Part shown: piece after piece, positions 36,050 through 47,580 of the stretch | How the letters are laid out: each line of letters opens with the position of its first letter | How positions within the stretch are numbered: the first letter of the stretch is position 1 | Source of the DNA: Octopus sinensis | Taxonomy: Eukaryota | DNA: 64,000 bases | Assembly (NCBI RefSeq): GCF_006345805.1 | Contig: NC_043018.1 | Span: forward strand, 6,262,001-6,326,000 | Reading direction: 5' to 3' | The notes under the pieces: model-generated | The model's database searches: none | Told to the model about the DNA's origin: nothing | What the model saw: only the letters and a program-made list of their open reading frames with translations | Position numbers and translations under genes: made by a program

Positions 36050-37370
36050 TCCCCCGTCTGTCTTGATAGACAATGGGTCGTGCCAAGGGTGGGGCCTACT
36101 TTGATGATGAGCAGCGTCTGCTGTGACTGAACAGTCCAATTCTAGAGTGGCAGTCCCTGGTACAGTTGCTGCACACGAACATCGATGGGTACGTGTGGGG
36201 TGTTGCTGCAGTTGTCCCCCTCCTGTCCCGCCTGTCCGACCACAGCTGTGCTCTCCTTTCCTCAGCCATGGAAACGCCTTTCCTCACTGTCCGACACCAG
36301 GCAGAGCGGTCAGCAGCTGTTACCTCCCACGTGTCCACACAGATGTTGGCAGTCCTCAGGTCGCGCTTGCACACATCCCTGTATCGTAGCTGTGGACGTC
36401 CCTTGGGTCGGGATCCCGTGGTGAGTTCGCTGTACAGGATGTCTTTAGGCATGCGGCAGACGTGTCCGAGCCAGCGCAGTCGTCTCCACACGAGGAGGGC
36501 ATGCATGCTTGGCATATTAGTCTGTTCTAGGATGACTCCGTTTGGTACTCGGTCCTTCCAGGAGATGCCAAGGATCCGTCGAAGACACTGCATGTAGAAG
36601 CCGCTGAGGCGGCATTCTTGCCAGGTATATGTTGTCCAGCTCTCGCTGCTGTAGAGTAGGGTGCTCAGCACGCAGGCTCGGTACACTGCGAACTTGGTGG
36701 TTATTGTGAGCATGTTGTATTCCCACACTCTCCGGAAGCTTAGCCATGGCAGCAAGCAGCCTTCCCAATCCGTCTGTTCAGCTCCGGCTCGGGGACAGGC
36801 TGCTGAGACCGTCGATCCCAGGTAAGTGAACTCGTTCACCACCTGCAAGCTGTGGTCGCCGACACTGATGCTGGGGACCCCTCCGACGTCCTGGCCCATG
36901 ATCTCTGTCTTTTTCAGGCCGATGGTAAGGCCGAACTCTTGCCAGGGAGCTGACCAGCCTCTGGAGACCCAGCTGGTTGTGTGATGTTAGGGCGGCATCG
37001 TCAGCAAAGAGGATCTCTCTGATCAGCACCTGATGGACTTTGGTCTTAGTTCTGAGGCGCGCAAGATTGAACAATCCACCATCATCCCTGGTGTGGAGGA
37101 ACACTCCGTCGTCGGACGTTCTGAAGGCATAGGACAGGACAAGGGGGAAGAAAATTCCGAAGAGCGTCCGCGCCAGAACGCAACCCTGTTTCACTCCACT
37201 CTGGATGGGGAACGACTCCGAGGGCGATCCGTCAAACTGCACTGTTCCCTGCATACCGTCGTGAAAAGAGGTGATGAGTTTCAGCAGTCTGGGAGGGCAA
37301 CCTATCCTACCCAGGAGCGCAAACAGCCCCTCCCTGCTGACTGAGTCGAACGCCTTAAGGCGTTCGACTC
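36050..37370 (-). mobile_element. 5'-truncated GC-rich RTE LINE (third family, BovB/Expander-like)
   Basis: [66 protein letters not shown]; ORFs 36778-37254 and 36096-36899 joined by a frameshift. Confidence 0.92.
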
Positions 37371-37371
37371 G

Positions 37372-37888
37372 ATATGTATATATATATATGTATGTATATA
37401 TGTATGTAATATATTATATGTATATATTATGTATGTATAGATATGTATATATATATATGTATTATATATATATATATATATAATATATATATGTATGTTT
37501 ATATATGTATTGTATATATATATATGTATATATTATATATATATATATGTATATGTATATATATATGTATATATATATATGTCATATATATATATGTATA
37601 TGTATATATATATGTATATATATATATGTTATATGTATATATTATATGTATATATTATATATATATATGTATATATGTATAAATATATGTATATATATAT
37701 ATGTATATATATAATGTTATAATATATATGTATCATAATATGTATATATGTATAATATATATATGTATATATATATGTATATATATATATGTATATATAT
37801 ATGTATATATATATATATATATATATTATGTGTATGTATATAATATATATATAATGTGTATGTATATATATATATTATATATTGTATG

Positions 37889-37919
<31 letters not shown>

Positions 37920-38076
37920 ATATATATAATATATATGTATGTATATATATATATATATATATGTATGTTATATATATATTGTATTTATATGTATATATAT
38001 ATATATATAATATATGTATGTATATATATATGTATGTATATATATATGTATGTATATATATATATAATATGTTATT

Positions 38077-38107
<31 letters not shown>

Positions 38108-38481
38108 ATATTATATATATATGTATGTATATATATATAATATATAATATGTAGTATATATATGTATGTATATATATGATGTATTATTATATATGTATGT
38201 ATATATATAATATGTATGTATATATATATGTATGTATATATATATATATGTATGTATATATATATATATATGTATGTATATATATTGTATGTTATATATA
38301 TATATGTATGTATATATATATATATATATGTATGTATATATATATGTATGTATATATATATGTATGTATATTATATATATGTATGTATATATATAATGTA
38401 TGTAATATATATGTATATATTATATATGTATAAATATATGTATGTATATTATATATATGTATGTATATATATATAGATATG

Positions 38482-38520
<39 letters not shown>

Positions 38521-38652
38521 ATATATATATGTATGTATATATATATATGTATGTATATATATATATGTATGTATGTAATATATATATATGTATGTATATA
38601 TATATATGTATGTATATATATATATATGTATGTATATATATATATATGTATG

Positions 38653-38683
<31 letters not shown>

Positions 38684-38760
38684 GCACACACACATGCACA
38701 CACACATGCACACAATTACATATGTGTATGAATGTATACATGAGCACATGTATGGATATA
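37372..38760. repeat. about 1.4-kb (TA)/(TATG) microsatellite field (a second block at 35660-36040)
   Basis: Direct inspection. Confidence 0.95.
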
Positions 38761-39444
38761 TGTGTGTAGAAATATATATGTCTGTATGTGTATGCAAATT
38801 TTTGGACTGAATTTTATATCTTCTCACAATCTCTTTCTGTTTAGCAGTCAAACTATGTGAAAAATAGAGTTTTCACATAACCCTTCCGTTTAAATTTTTC
38901 ATCATGCATTTCGGAAAGAACTGTGTTTCCCTCTCTATAAAGAGATAAATCTCTGATTCAAAGTCAGTTTGATAAGTAAGCTACAAGAATGCTATTTTGG
39001 ACTAATGTTGCTTCTGTTGCTAATACACGAATTTTTAATCCAACCTGCCAGGTAACTATAGCATCAGTAATTTGTTATCACTGTGTTTCTATATCAGTAA
39101 AGGGTAAATTTGTCTTGGCATACAGTTGCTAGTAGATGCTTGCTATTGATGATGCTCAAAAATACAGAAATACGTATTTAGCAATTCTACCACAGCCACT
39201 GCTGAAAATATTTCTATCTTTTTAACACTTGCTTCGCAACCACATGGTTCCAGGTTATATATATATATAGGCGCAGGAGTGGCTATGTGGCAAGTAGCTT
39301 GCTTGCCAACAACATGGTTCTGGGTTCAGTCCCACTGCATGGTACCTTGGGCAAGTGTCTTTTGCTATAGCCTCGGGCCGACCAAAGCCTTGTGAGTGGA
39401 TTTGGTAGACAGCAACTCAAAGAAGCCCGTCGTATATATATACG

Positions 39445-39771
39445 GAAGGTAACTTTGTTGGTGCAATCCCATGGTCATTCATAAACAAAGGGGGTCTTTG
39501 TCCTTTACCCTATGCACATATAATGATGTTGAGAGGGGAGGCTGGTATGCATGGACGACTGCTGGTCTTCCATAAACAACCTTGCCTGGACTTGTGCCTC
39601 AGAAGGTAACTTTGTTGGTGCAATCCCATGGTCATTCATGACCAAAGAGGGTCTTTACCCTTTACCCTATGTACATATAGTGGCGTAGAGAGGGGAGGCT
39701 GGTATGCATGGACAACTGCTGGTCTTCCATAAACAACTTGTGCAATCCCATGGTCATTCATGACCAAAAGG
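39445..39771 (+). repeat. 157-bp tandem repeat, about 2.2 copies
   Basis: GAAGGTAACTTTGTTGGTGCAATCCCATGGTCATTCAT starts at 39445 and 39602; partial third copy from about 39738. Confidence 0.85.
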
Positions 39772-40069
39772 TGGGGGTCTTCGATTTTTAAAGGGTTAAA
39801 CAAAATTATAAGTACTGGGGTTGGATATGATCAACAAAAAGCCTTCATGATAATGCCCCAGCATGGCTACACTACAGTCATTGAAGCAAGGGCATTGAAA
39901 CATAGGCACAGGGGTGGCTGTGTGGTAAGTAGCTTGCTAACCAACCACATGGTTCCGGGTTCAGTCCCACTGCGTGGCATCTTGGGCAAGCGTCTTCTGC
40001 TATAGCCCTGGGCCGACCAAAGCCTTGTGAGTGGATTTGGCAGTCAGAAACTGAAAGAAGCCTGTCGTA

Positions 40070-40127
<58 letters not shown>

Positions 40128-40184
40128 GTATAAGAAAGAATGGAGATTTAACAAAATTCCTTTATTTTATTTTCGACATATGTT

Positions 40185-41510
40185 TTGAAGTCTGCAATAT
40201 TTCACGTCGACATTTTTAAGCATAAAGCAGAATTCTATAATGCCGCCCTGTCAAAAGCTGGTTATAGGGAAAAGGTAACATATATAGACCTGGCCCTTCC
40301 GAAACCAGAATTTTCTCATCAGGATAAGTCAACTTACAATAATATAAATAATATAAGTAGTGATGGTAGCTTTAGTAATGTCGACACAAGTACAGCTAAC
40401 ACAAATATAGCTAACATAAATAATTTGCGGTCCAAGGGAGACCATCGTAGGCCAAAACCCATTATTCAACCCAGAGATGCCCCCCTTAATGTAAGAGTTG
40501 ACTCTCCGAACCAGTACAAGAACAGGAAAAACTGTATCTGGTTTGTGATTCCCTTTGGTAAACAAATCAGATCTAACCTACCGTTGCAGTTTCGCCAAGC
40601 CATTGCCAGAAATTTTCCCAGAAATTCAAGATATTACTCCACTATAAATTCGCACAAAGTAAGGATAGCTTTCTCAAATACTAAAAATCTTTCACAGATA
40701 ATTGCCTCCCATAACAATAAGCTGCTAAATAAGGCCCTGTCACCCATGAGCAGAGACTCTGCCCCGTTAAATTCCAACATAAGATATAGTAATAATAATA
40801 ATAATAATAGAAGTAGCACAGATATTAGCAGCCTTCATACCAGCATTGGCGTTAGTAATAGTAATAAGGATAAGAGCACTGACCTCGTCATTAACGGAGG
40901 GAGTCTCAACAATAATATTAGCAGCGGTTTTAACAACAGTAGTTTTACGGACATTATCAATCACAGCATTCCCAGAAACAGGGAATATGCAGGTGATATT
41001 GCCTTAAATAGTAATGAGAATGGGGTGAATAGTATTGAATCCAGCGGTAGTTTTTACAACCATCATAGTAATAAGAACGCTGTATTAGTATCGGAAACTC
41101 ATCCCAATAGAATAAGGTTCTTATCAAATAACTCCAAAATTAGAAATGCCATTTACCAGTGCAGAATTTATGCTGGATCCGATGTCTTCCTCTATATCGG
41201 CGCTACATCATCTAAATTAGCCACAAGAATATCGAACCATTTTTCCACGTTTAGGGATAAAAAGAAACAACACTCTACTGGGCTAAGCAAATTAGTCTGG
41301 CGTTTGAAGAACGCGAATTCAACTTTTAGGCTGGAATGGTCAATATTATCGGTGTCTTTACTGTTTGATAAGGGCAAAAAAATCTGTGCCCTATGTAATT
41401 CCGAACTCTTTCATACTCTGTTTGCCCAAGGCCGACTAATAAACTCGATTGTGGAGAGTTCTTTCAGATTCCCACACTGGAAAAAGCATACCTTTTTCTC
41501 ATACCAATGA
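40185..41510 (+). CDS. PLE RT-thumb/linker plus GIY-YIG endonuclease (truncated, open frame)
   Basis: DIF..AEFYNAALSKAGY; IWFVIPF..FP..KVRIAFSNTKNLSQIIASHN; AIYQC..YIGAT..R.SNH..LSK.VW.LK..W.IL..CALC. The annotated start (TTG) lies in the inverted repeat. Confidence 0.8.
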   Translation: MKSAIFHVDIFKHKAEFYNAALSKAGYREKVTYIDLALPKPEFSHQDKSTYNNINNISSDGSFSNVDTSTANTNIANINNLRSKGDHRRPKPIIQPRDAPLNVRVDSPNQYKNRKNCIWFVIPFGKQIRSNLPLQFRQAIARNFPRNSRYYSTINSHKVRIAFSNTKNLSQIIASHNNKLLNKALSPMSRDSAPLNSNIRYSNNNNNNRSSTDISSLHTSIGVSNSNKDKSTDLVINGGSLNNNISSGFNNSSFTDIINHSIPRNREYAGDIALNSNENGVNSIESSGSFYNHHSNKNAVLVSETHPNRIRFLSNNSKIRNAIYQCRIYAGSDVFLYIGATSSKLATRISNHFSTFRDKKKQHSTGLSKLVWRLKNANSTFRLEWSILSVSLLFDKGKKICALCNSELFHTLFAQGRLINSIVESSFRFPHWKKHTFFSYQ

Positions 41511-42050
41511 AGTCTAATATAGATAACCCCTGGATTTCCTAAAAAAATTTGAAAGGTGATACCTCATCCCTGTTAGTATAAAAGACTTTCTCATAGTTGC
41601 CAAGAACTACTACCAATCCCAACAGTAACCTTGTATCTTGTCATTGCTATTGTGGCCGCCCTCTCCCTATTAAGTTGTCACATTCGAGCACACAGACACA
41701 GTCTTTTCAGTTCTTGACTGTTAATTCTTGCTATCTCTCTCTCTCTGCATTCCACACACACTTTCACGCATTCAAAGACGCACACACACATACATTAAGG
41801 CAATTTTACACACTCATACATTCGAACACTCATTTACAGAATACATTCACACTCTTTAATTTTCCTATACCTTCCTTCTACTACCTTGATGCTGCCCTTG
41901 AACTATCTCAACGGACAATTTCTTCTGCTTTCATCCAATCTGGCGTCAACTTCTATAAATAGACATTTTTTATCATTATTTTTATGGGCTCCTCGTGAGC
42001 AGTCGTCGAAAAACTTGTTGTGCATTTTGTTGGAGAATTAAGTTCCTGGT

Positions 42051-42134
42051 TTTTCCTGAAGAGAAAGCTGCATAATGGACTCCTTATTCACTCGGAATTA
42101 GGAACTTTGCAGACTTCGAAACATATGTCGAAAA
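42051..42134 (+). ncRNA. canonical type I hammerhead
   Basis: TTTTC CTGAAGA GAAAGCTGCA...TGCAGACTTC GAAA CATATG T C GAAAA; predicted cleavage after 42129 (GUC). Confidence 0.85.
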
Positions 42135-42337
42135 TAAAATAAAGGAATTTTGTTAAATCTTCGTTCAGCTCCATTCTTTCCCATACTTAATATATAAAAC
42201 TTCAAATTTCCGCACTAAGGCACAGATTTTATGCCCTATGGTCGTAACTTCAACCGTGCCCTTTCTGCTGTGAGTTTGCTACCCAGGTATCGGTTATCTT
42301 TCGAATTATCCATAATAAGATAATTCATTTGTCTACT

Positions 42338-42379
<42 letters not shown>

Positions 42380-42501
42380 TCATTTTATAGAAGGAGCTTC
42401 TATAAAATATGAAGCTCCTTCTATAAAATAAATTAATTTACTCTGCCATGTATTGAGTAACTTATTTACTGTGGTTTACCCCGACTCAACCCAGGACCTA
42501 C

Positions 42502-42532
<31 letters not shown>

Positions 42533-43126
42533 ATGTATATATATATATGTATGTGTGTGTGTGTTTGTGTGTCTGTGTTTGTCCCCCTAGCATTGCTTGA
42601 CAACCGATGCTAGTGTGTTTATGTCCCCGTCACTTAGCGGTTCGGCAAAAAAGAGACTGATAGAATAAGTACTGGGCTTACAAAAAAGAATAAGTCCCGC
42701 AGTCGATTTGCTCGACTAAAGGCGGTGCTCCAGCATGGCCGCAGTCAAATGACTGAAACAAGTAAAAGAGAAAAGAGAGTAAGTGAAAGATGAGAGATAA
42801 AAGCTATATAAATTCCCTGTGTTTCAGGGATTATATACTCCATTGAAGCTTGGTGTTATTCTTGTCAGAAACAATAAGCTGCCCAGTTTAATTCTCCTCG
42901 TTTGCACCAGATTCATTTCGTTAAGTATCTTTTATATTTCCTCGCATCAACTAAATTGCAAGATCCTGACTGAATAGTGTTCAGCACTCCTTGTTCTCTG
43001 CCTACAATATATTGTATAGGTGCGAGTGTGTGTGTGCGTGTGTGTGTGTGTGTGAAAATACATGCGTGTTTGTATGTCTGTGTGCCAGTGTTTAAAAATA
43101 CACAGGAGCATGTATCTGTGTGTGAG

Positions 43127-43159
<33 letters not shown>

Positions 43160-43616
43160 TTCTATGTATATATGGATATATATATATATACATATATATA
43201 TGAGTTGTGTGTGTGTGTGTGTGTATATGTTTATATGCATATACATGCAGAGATATACTTACATATGTATATAATATATATATATATATAATGTGTCTAT
43301 ATATATATATATATATATAGGGAGAGAGAGAGAAATAGATATATAGATATAGATATATATATTTATGTATATATGTATGTATGTATGTATATATGTATGT
43401 ATGTATATCTATATATCTATCTATATCTATATACACCTATACATATACTTATATGCATATAAATATATATATATATATATATATGTATATTATATAATAT
43501 ATATATATATATATATACACTCACACACACATACACAAACACACACATATATATATATAAATATATATATATACACACACACACATATATATATATATGC
43601 TATATGCACATGTGTG

Positions 43617-43856
43617 TGCAGGAGTCCAGTGAACTTGCCATGGAGAGTGGAAAATCCTATGTTTTGTAAAGAGTTTTTCCCCCGGAGCAAAGTCGACAGT
43701 AGAGAAATTAATGAGAAACGGCAGAATTTTACATCTGCTAAGAATTTAACTCTTTCTCACTAATTTCTCTCGTTAATTTCTCCCCTGTCAACTTCTCCCT
43801 GACAAACGACTGTCCGAAACGGTGGATTTTCAACTCCTTACAGTAAGTTTCCTGCA
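43617..43856. mobile_element. diverged foldback/MITE-like element
   Basis: TGCAGGA..GGAAAATCC..GAGAAATTAATGAGAA vs TTCTCGTTAATTTCTC..GGATTTTC..TCCTGCA. Confidence 0.55.
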
Positions 43857-44176
43857 CTTGTTTTATTAATTTTCTACACACATACATGTATGTGTGTCTA
43901 TACACACATATACATATATGTGTGTATATGTACACACACACACACTTACACACATGTACATGCACGCGTCTCTCTCTTTTCATGGCACACACACACACAC
44001 ACTCTTTTACTTGTTTTAGTCATTTGACTGTGGCCATGCTGGAGGAACACCTTTTAGTTGAGCAAATTGGCCCCAGGACTTATTCTTTGTAAGCCTAGTA
44101 CTTATCCTATCGGTTTCTTTTGCGCTAAGTTATGGTTGTCAAACGATGTTGCGGGGACAAACACAGACACACAAAC

Positions 44177-44232
<56 letters not shown>

Positions 44233-44529
44233 TATTCAATGGACTTCTTTCAGTTCCCGTCTACCAAATCCACTCACAAGGCTTTGGTCAGCCTGAGGCT
44301 ATAGTAGAAGACACTTGCCCAAGGGCCATGCAGTAGGACTGAACTCGGAACCATGTGGTTGGTAAGCAAGTACTTACCACACAGCCACTCCTACGCCTAT
44401 GTGTGTGTTTATATATATATATATATATATATATGTGTATATATTATATGTAAAATATATATATATAGTATATAGATATATATATATTAACCCATGCTAG
44501 CATGGTGAACGGACGTTAAACGATGATGA

Positions 44530-44561
<32 letters not shown>

Positions 44562-44729
44562 GATATATTATATATGTGTGTATATATATATATAATATAT
44601 ATATATATATGTGTATATAATATTGTATAATATATATATAATATATATGTATATATATATATATATATTATAACCCCTGCTAGCATGGTGAACGGACGTT
44701 AAACGATGATGATATATATATATATATAT

Positions 44730-47165
44730 ACGCGAGAAAGAAGCAACAAGAATGGATAGGTTTTTAGTACGATCGATTCATACAAGGACAGGTTTTATTA
44801 AAAGTTGCAAAGATTACAGCATATAAACGAGTCCCGTACTCATCAGCTAAAATACATGTAAGTTCTCTAGACATCCTAGTGTTTGAGGCTATACTCATGA
44901 AGTAATGTAGATAATTAAACAGATTTCTAAAGTTCATTAAAGTTCTTTAAAGATGATGTACAGTCTTATCACAGAATTTAAAAAAGTTTTGATAGCATCA
45001 CAGAGAAGGTGACCTAATCCATATGAATTTCATAGATATGATGAGGGATTATATACTCACAGAAGACAAATTTATCCATTGTTAATTACAACGAGGTGGG
45101 TCTCAATTCCTGCTTATTAGCATTGCAGAGAGGGTGAATTAATCCTTTGTATATATGCACAGATTCCAATGGTGTAGATGTAAATTTCCAGAGAAATGGA
45201 GATGAATTTCATATTCACAGGCGAAAATTTTACAATGGTTTGAACACAATGAGGTAGGTATCAATCCTTGGTATATGATTAGGTATTTGCCACATTAATC
45301 ACATTACTGCTATTCACAAGAGGCTGTAGCTTTTAACTCTTAAAGGCTGAAGGGCTTACTAGATCGGCCAAGAATAGAGAAGGGAATAGAAGAAAAGAGA
45401 GAAAATATAGGAGGAGGGAGCAAAAAGGGGGGGGGGGGGAAGGGGGGGGGGAAAGGGGGACTAAAAGAGAAGAGAAAGAAACAGAGAATAAGAAGAAGAA
45501 GAAAAGAGAAAAAAGAAGAAAAGAGAAAGAAATAGAAAGAAAGAAGGGAAAAAAAGAAAAAGAAAAAAAAAAAAGAAAAAAAGAAAAAAAGAAAAAAAAA
45601 AAAAAAGAAAAAAAGAGGGTTCTAGTTATACAGAAGAGTTAGTAGACTGTAAGTCTGGTTTTAATCAACAGGCATCTAGGAACTAGAGGAGAATATTATT
45701 CTTTGACCAGTAAACCGTTAATTTATTGCTGTTGAAATCAGCTATGAGTTTAAAGAGAATCTAAAGAGATAACACAGTCAGGGGTTAAGGGGTCAGATGC
45801 TAAAATCACCAAAAAAAATAGAAAATACATAGGAAAATCTAAGATAATCTTATCAAAAAGTCATTAAAAATTTACTTATTTAATTTATTCATTTTATTGT
45901 CTTAAGGAGTTGTCGTTATTATTCATACATTGACTGACTACAGGTCAAATCTTATAAGATCATTTACAAGGTGTTAGGGGATTGTCTATCATAATGAAGA
46001 TAATCATATTATCACCGAGGGAATAGCCTTATTTATTTAATTATGAAATAGAATTATGGGGCTACAGTAACTCATTATAATTTATTAGAGTTATGCTACT
46101 TAAATTAGATTAAGTTAGGAATTAAAATTAAATATTACAATTAAGATTTAAAATTAAGAATTTAAAAATTGTGAGTTTGAAATTAAATAAAGCCTCAATA
46201 AGTAGCGAATAAGTACTATTCATTTCCCTGTTCTCAAAAAACTGATGCAGATATAAGGAAAAAGATAAAGATAACTGTAATGTGAGAACTCTTAGTTATC
46301 TACTTAAAGCAGTGCTATACTAGTAGAAATCAAGTTATAATCTATCTATCTAGTTATGAATATTCCAATCATTTAAAATATTTAAAGTCTTCAATTTAGC
46401 GTGGACACAAACTTGACCTAGTTCGATATGGTTATTCAATAAGTTTCTATGTTTACTATGCTTTAGAATTTCGTACGTCTCCATGGAGCATAGTTGACAA
46501 CCAACCCTACTATTTTTATACGGAATTGCTCTCCTAACTATTTCCCAATTAAGGGTATAATTTTTATTATTATTTTTGAGTTCCCAGATTTTGTTTGAAA
46601 GTGTGGTGGTACCAGCTTTATGACGTAATTTAAAAGTCGAGATGTGATTTCTAACTCTGGCTAAAAAATTAATTGTACAGCCAATGTAAAAATATTTGTT
46701 ATTCTCCGTGGATATGGTACATTATAGATACATTATTTTCCCTACATAGACCAGGTGCCGGGCATTTTGATTTTATTCTACACTTACACACAGGAGGAAC
46801 AACTTCAGGCCTTGGATTATTCCTGGGTAGATGTTTAAGGTTCCTATTATTTTGATTATCATTTCTATAGTTGGTGCTTATATCTAAAGTATTGTTATTA
46901 TTTATTGATCCTTCTGTTTCATCATTTAGGTGTAAAGTCCTACCAAGATTTCTTATTTATTCGTAATGTTATTATTATTGTTAGTCTTTTTATCCAACTG
47001 TATATTATTGTTATAGATATCACTGATATTTTCATTCTCCTTATTTTCTCCATTAGCCTTATTTCTATTATTTCTATTATTAACAATATTACTTCTATTA
47101 ATATCGGCATTGTTATTATTACTATTAATGTTAATGTTATTAGTCATTCTGTGGTAAGTGACTAG
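44730..47165 (-). mobile_element. Penelope-like element (Naiad-like), frameshifted GIY-YIG plus long 3' region
   Basis: Minus strand about 46790-46390: CKCRIKSKCPAPGLC..FYIGCTINFLARVRNH..LSNKIWELK..WEIV..CQLC..CVH; N-rich linker upstream; hammerhead at the 3' end. Confidence 0.8.
44762..44852 (-). ncRNA. type I hammerhead with A15.1U substitution
   Basis: TTTTAG CTGATGA GTACGGG...CTTGTAT GAAT CGATCG T A CTAAAA. Confidence 0.6.
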
Positions 47166-47186
47166 GTATATATGTATATATATACA

Positions 47187-47217
<31 letters not shown>

Positions 47218-47289
47218 CTATATATATTACGGAGATGTACTTGCATAGCAAGTGATTTGATCTGAGATCGAGTGCTGAAACGAAAACAC

Positions 47290-47580
47290 TTGCAGCATGG
47301 AAGGTGTTTGTAAGCCATTTAAGAAACACACAAAAGCCGTTCGATTCACTTCACATATAAGTTTAATTTGTCAAAATATTTTCGCCGCTTTAAGACCGCG
47401 ACCTGTTCACTGACAAAAATCCGTGCTGCATCCATGAGATGCAGCACGGATTTTTGTCAGTGAACAGGTCGCGTCTTAAAGCGACGAAAATATTTTGACA
47501 AATTGAACTTATATGTTGAAGTGAATCGAACGGCTTTTGTGTGTTTCTTAAATGGCTTACAAACACCTTCCACGCTGCAA
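47290..47580. repeat. about 290-bp near-perfect palindrome of a PLE terminal repeat
   Basis: Arms 47290-47432 and 47438-47580, centre CATGA. Confidence 0.95.
47453..47502 (+). ncRNA. type I hammerhead, G3-C8 core variant (twin at 47367-47417, minus strand)
   Basis: TTTGTCA GTGAACA G GTCGC gtcttaaa GCGAC GAAA ATAT T T TGACAAA: 7-bp stem I, 5-bp stem II, palindromic stem III AATATT. Confidence 0.7.

Larger units (their letters stand above)
40122..42192 (+). mobile_element. Penelope-like element (Naiad-like), 5'-truncated with inverted terminal segment
   Basis: 40122-40197 is the reverse complement of 42107-42192; long ORF plus 3' hammerhead. Confidence 0.85.

Noticed and set aside
43795-43830. 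CTGACAA...CCGAAACGGTG hammerhead-like string
   Set aside because: Core mismatch without compensation, G at position 17, no stem I.
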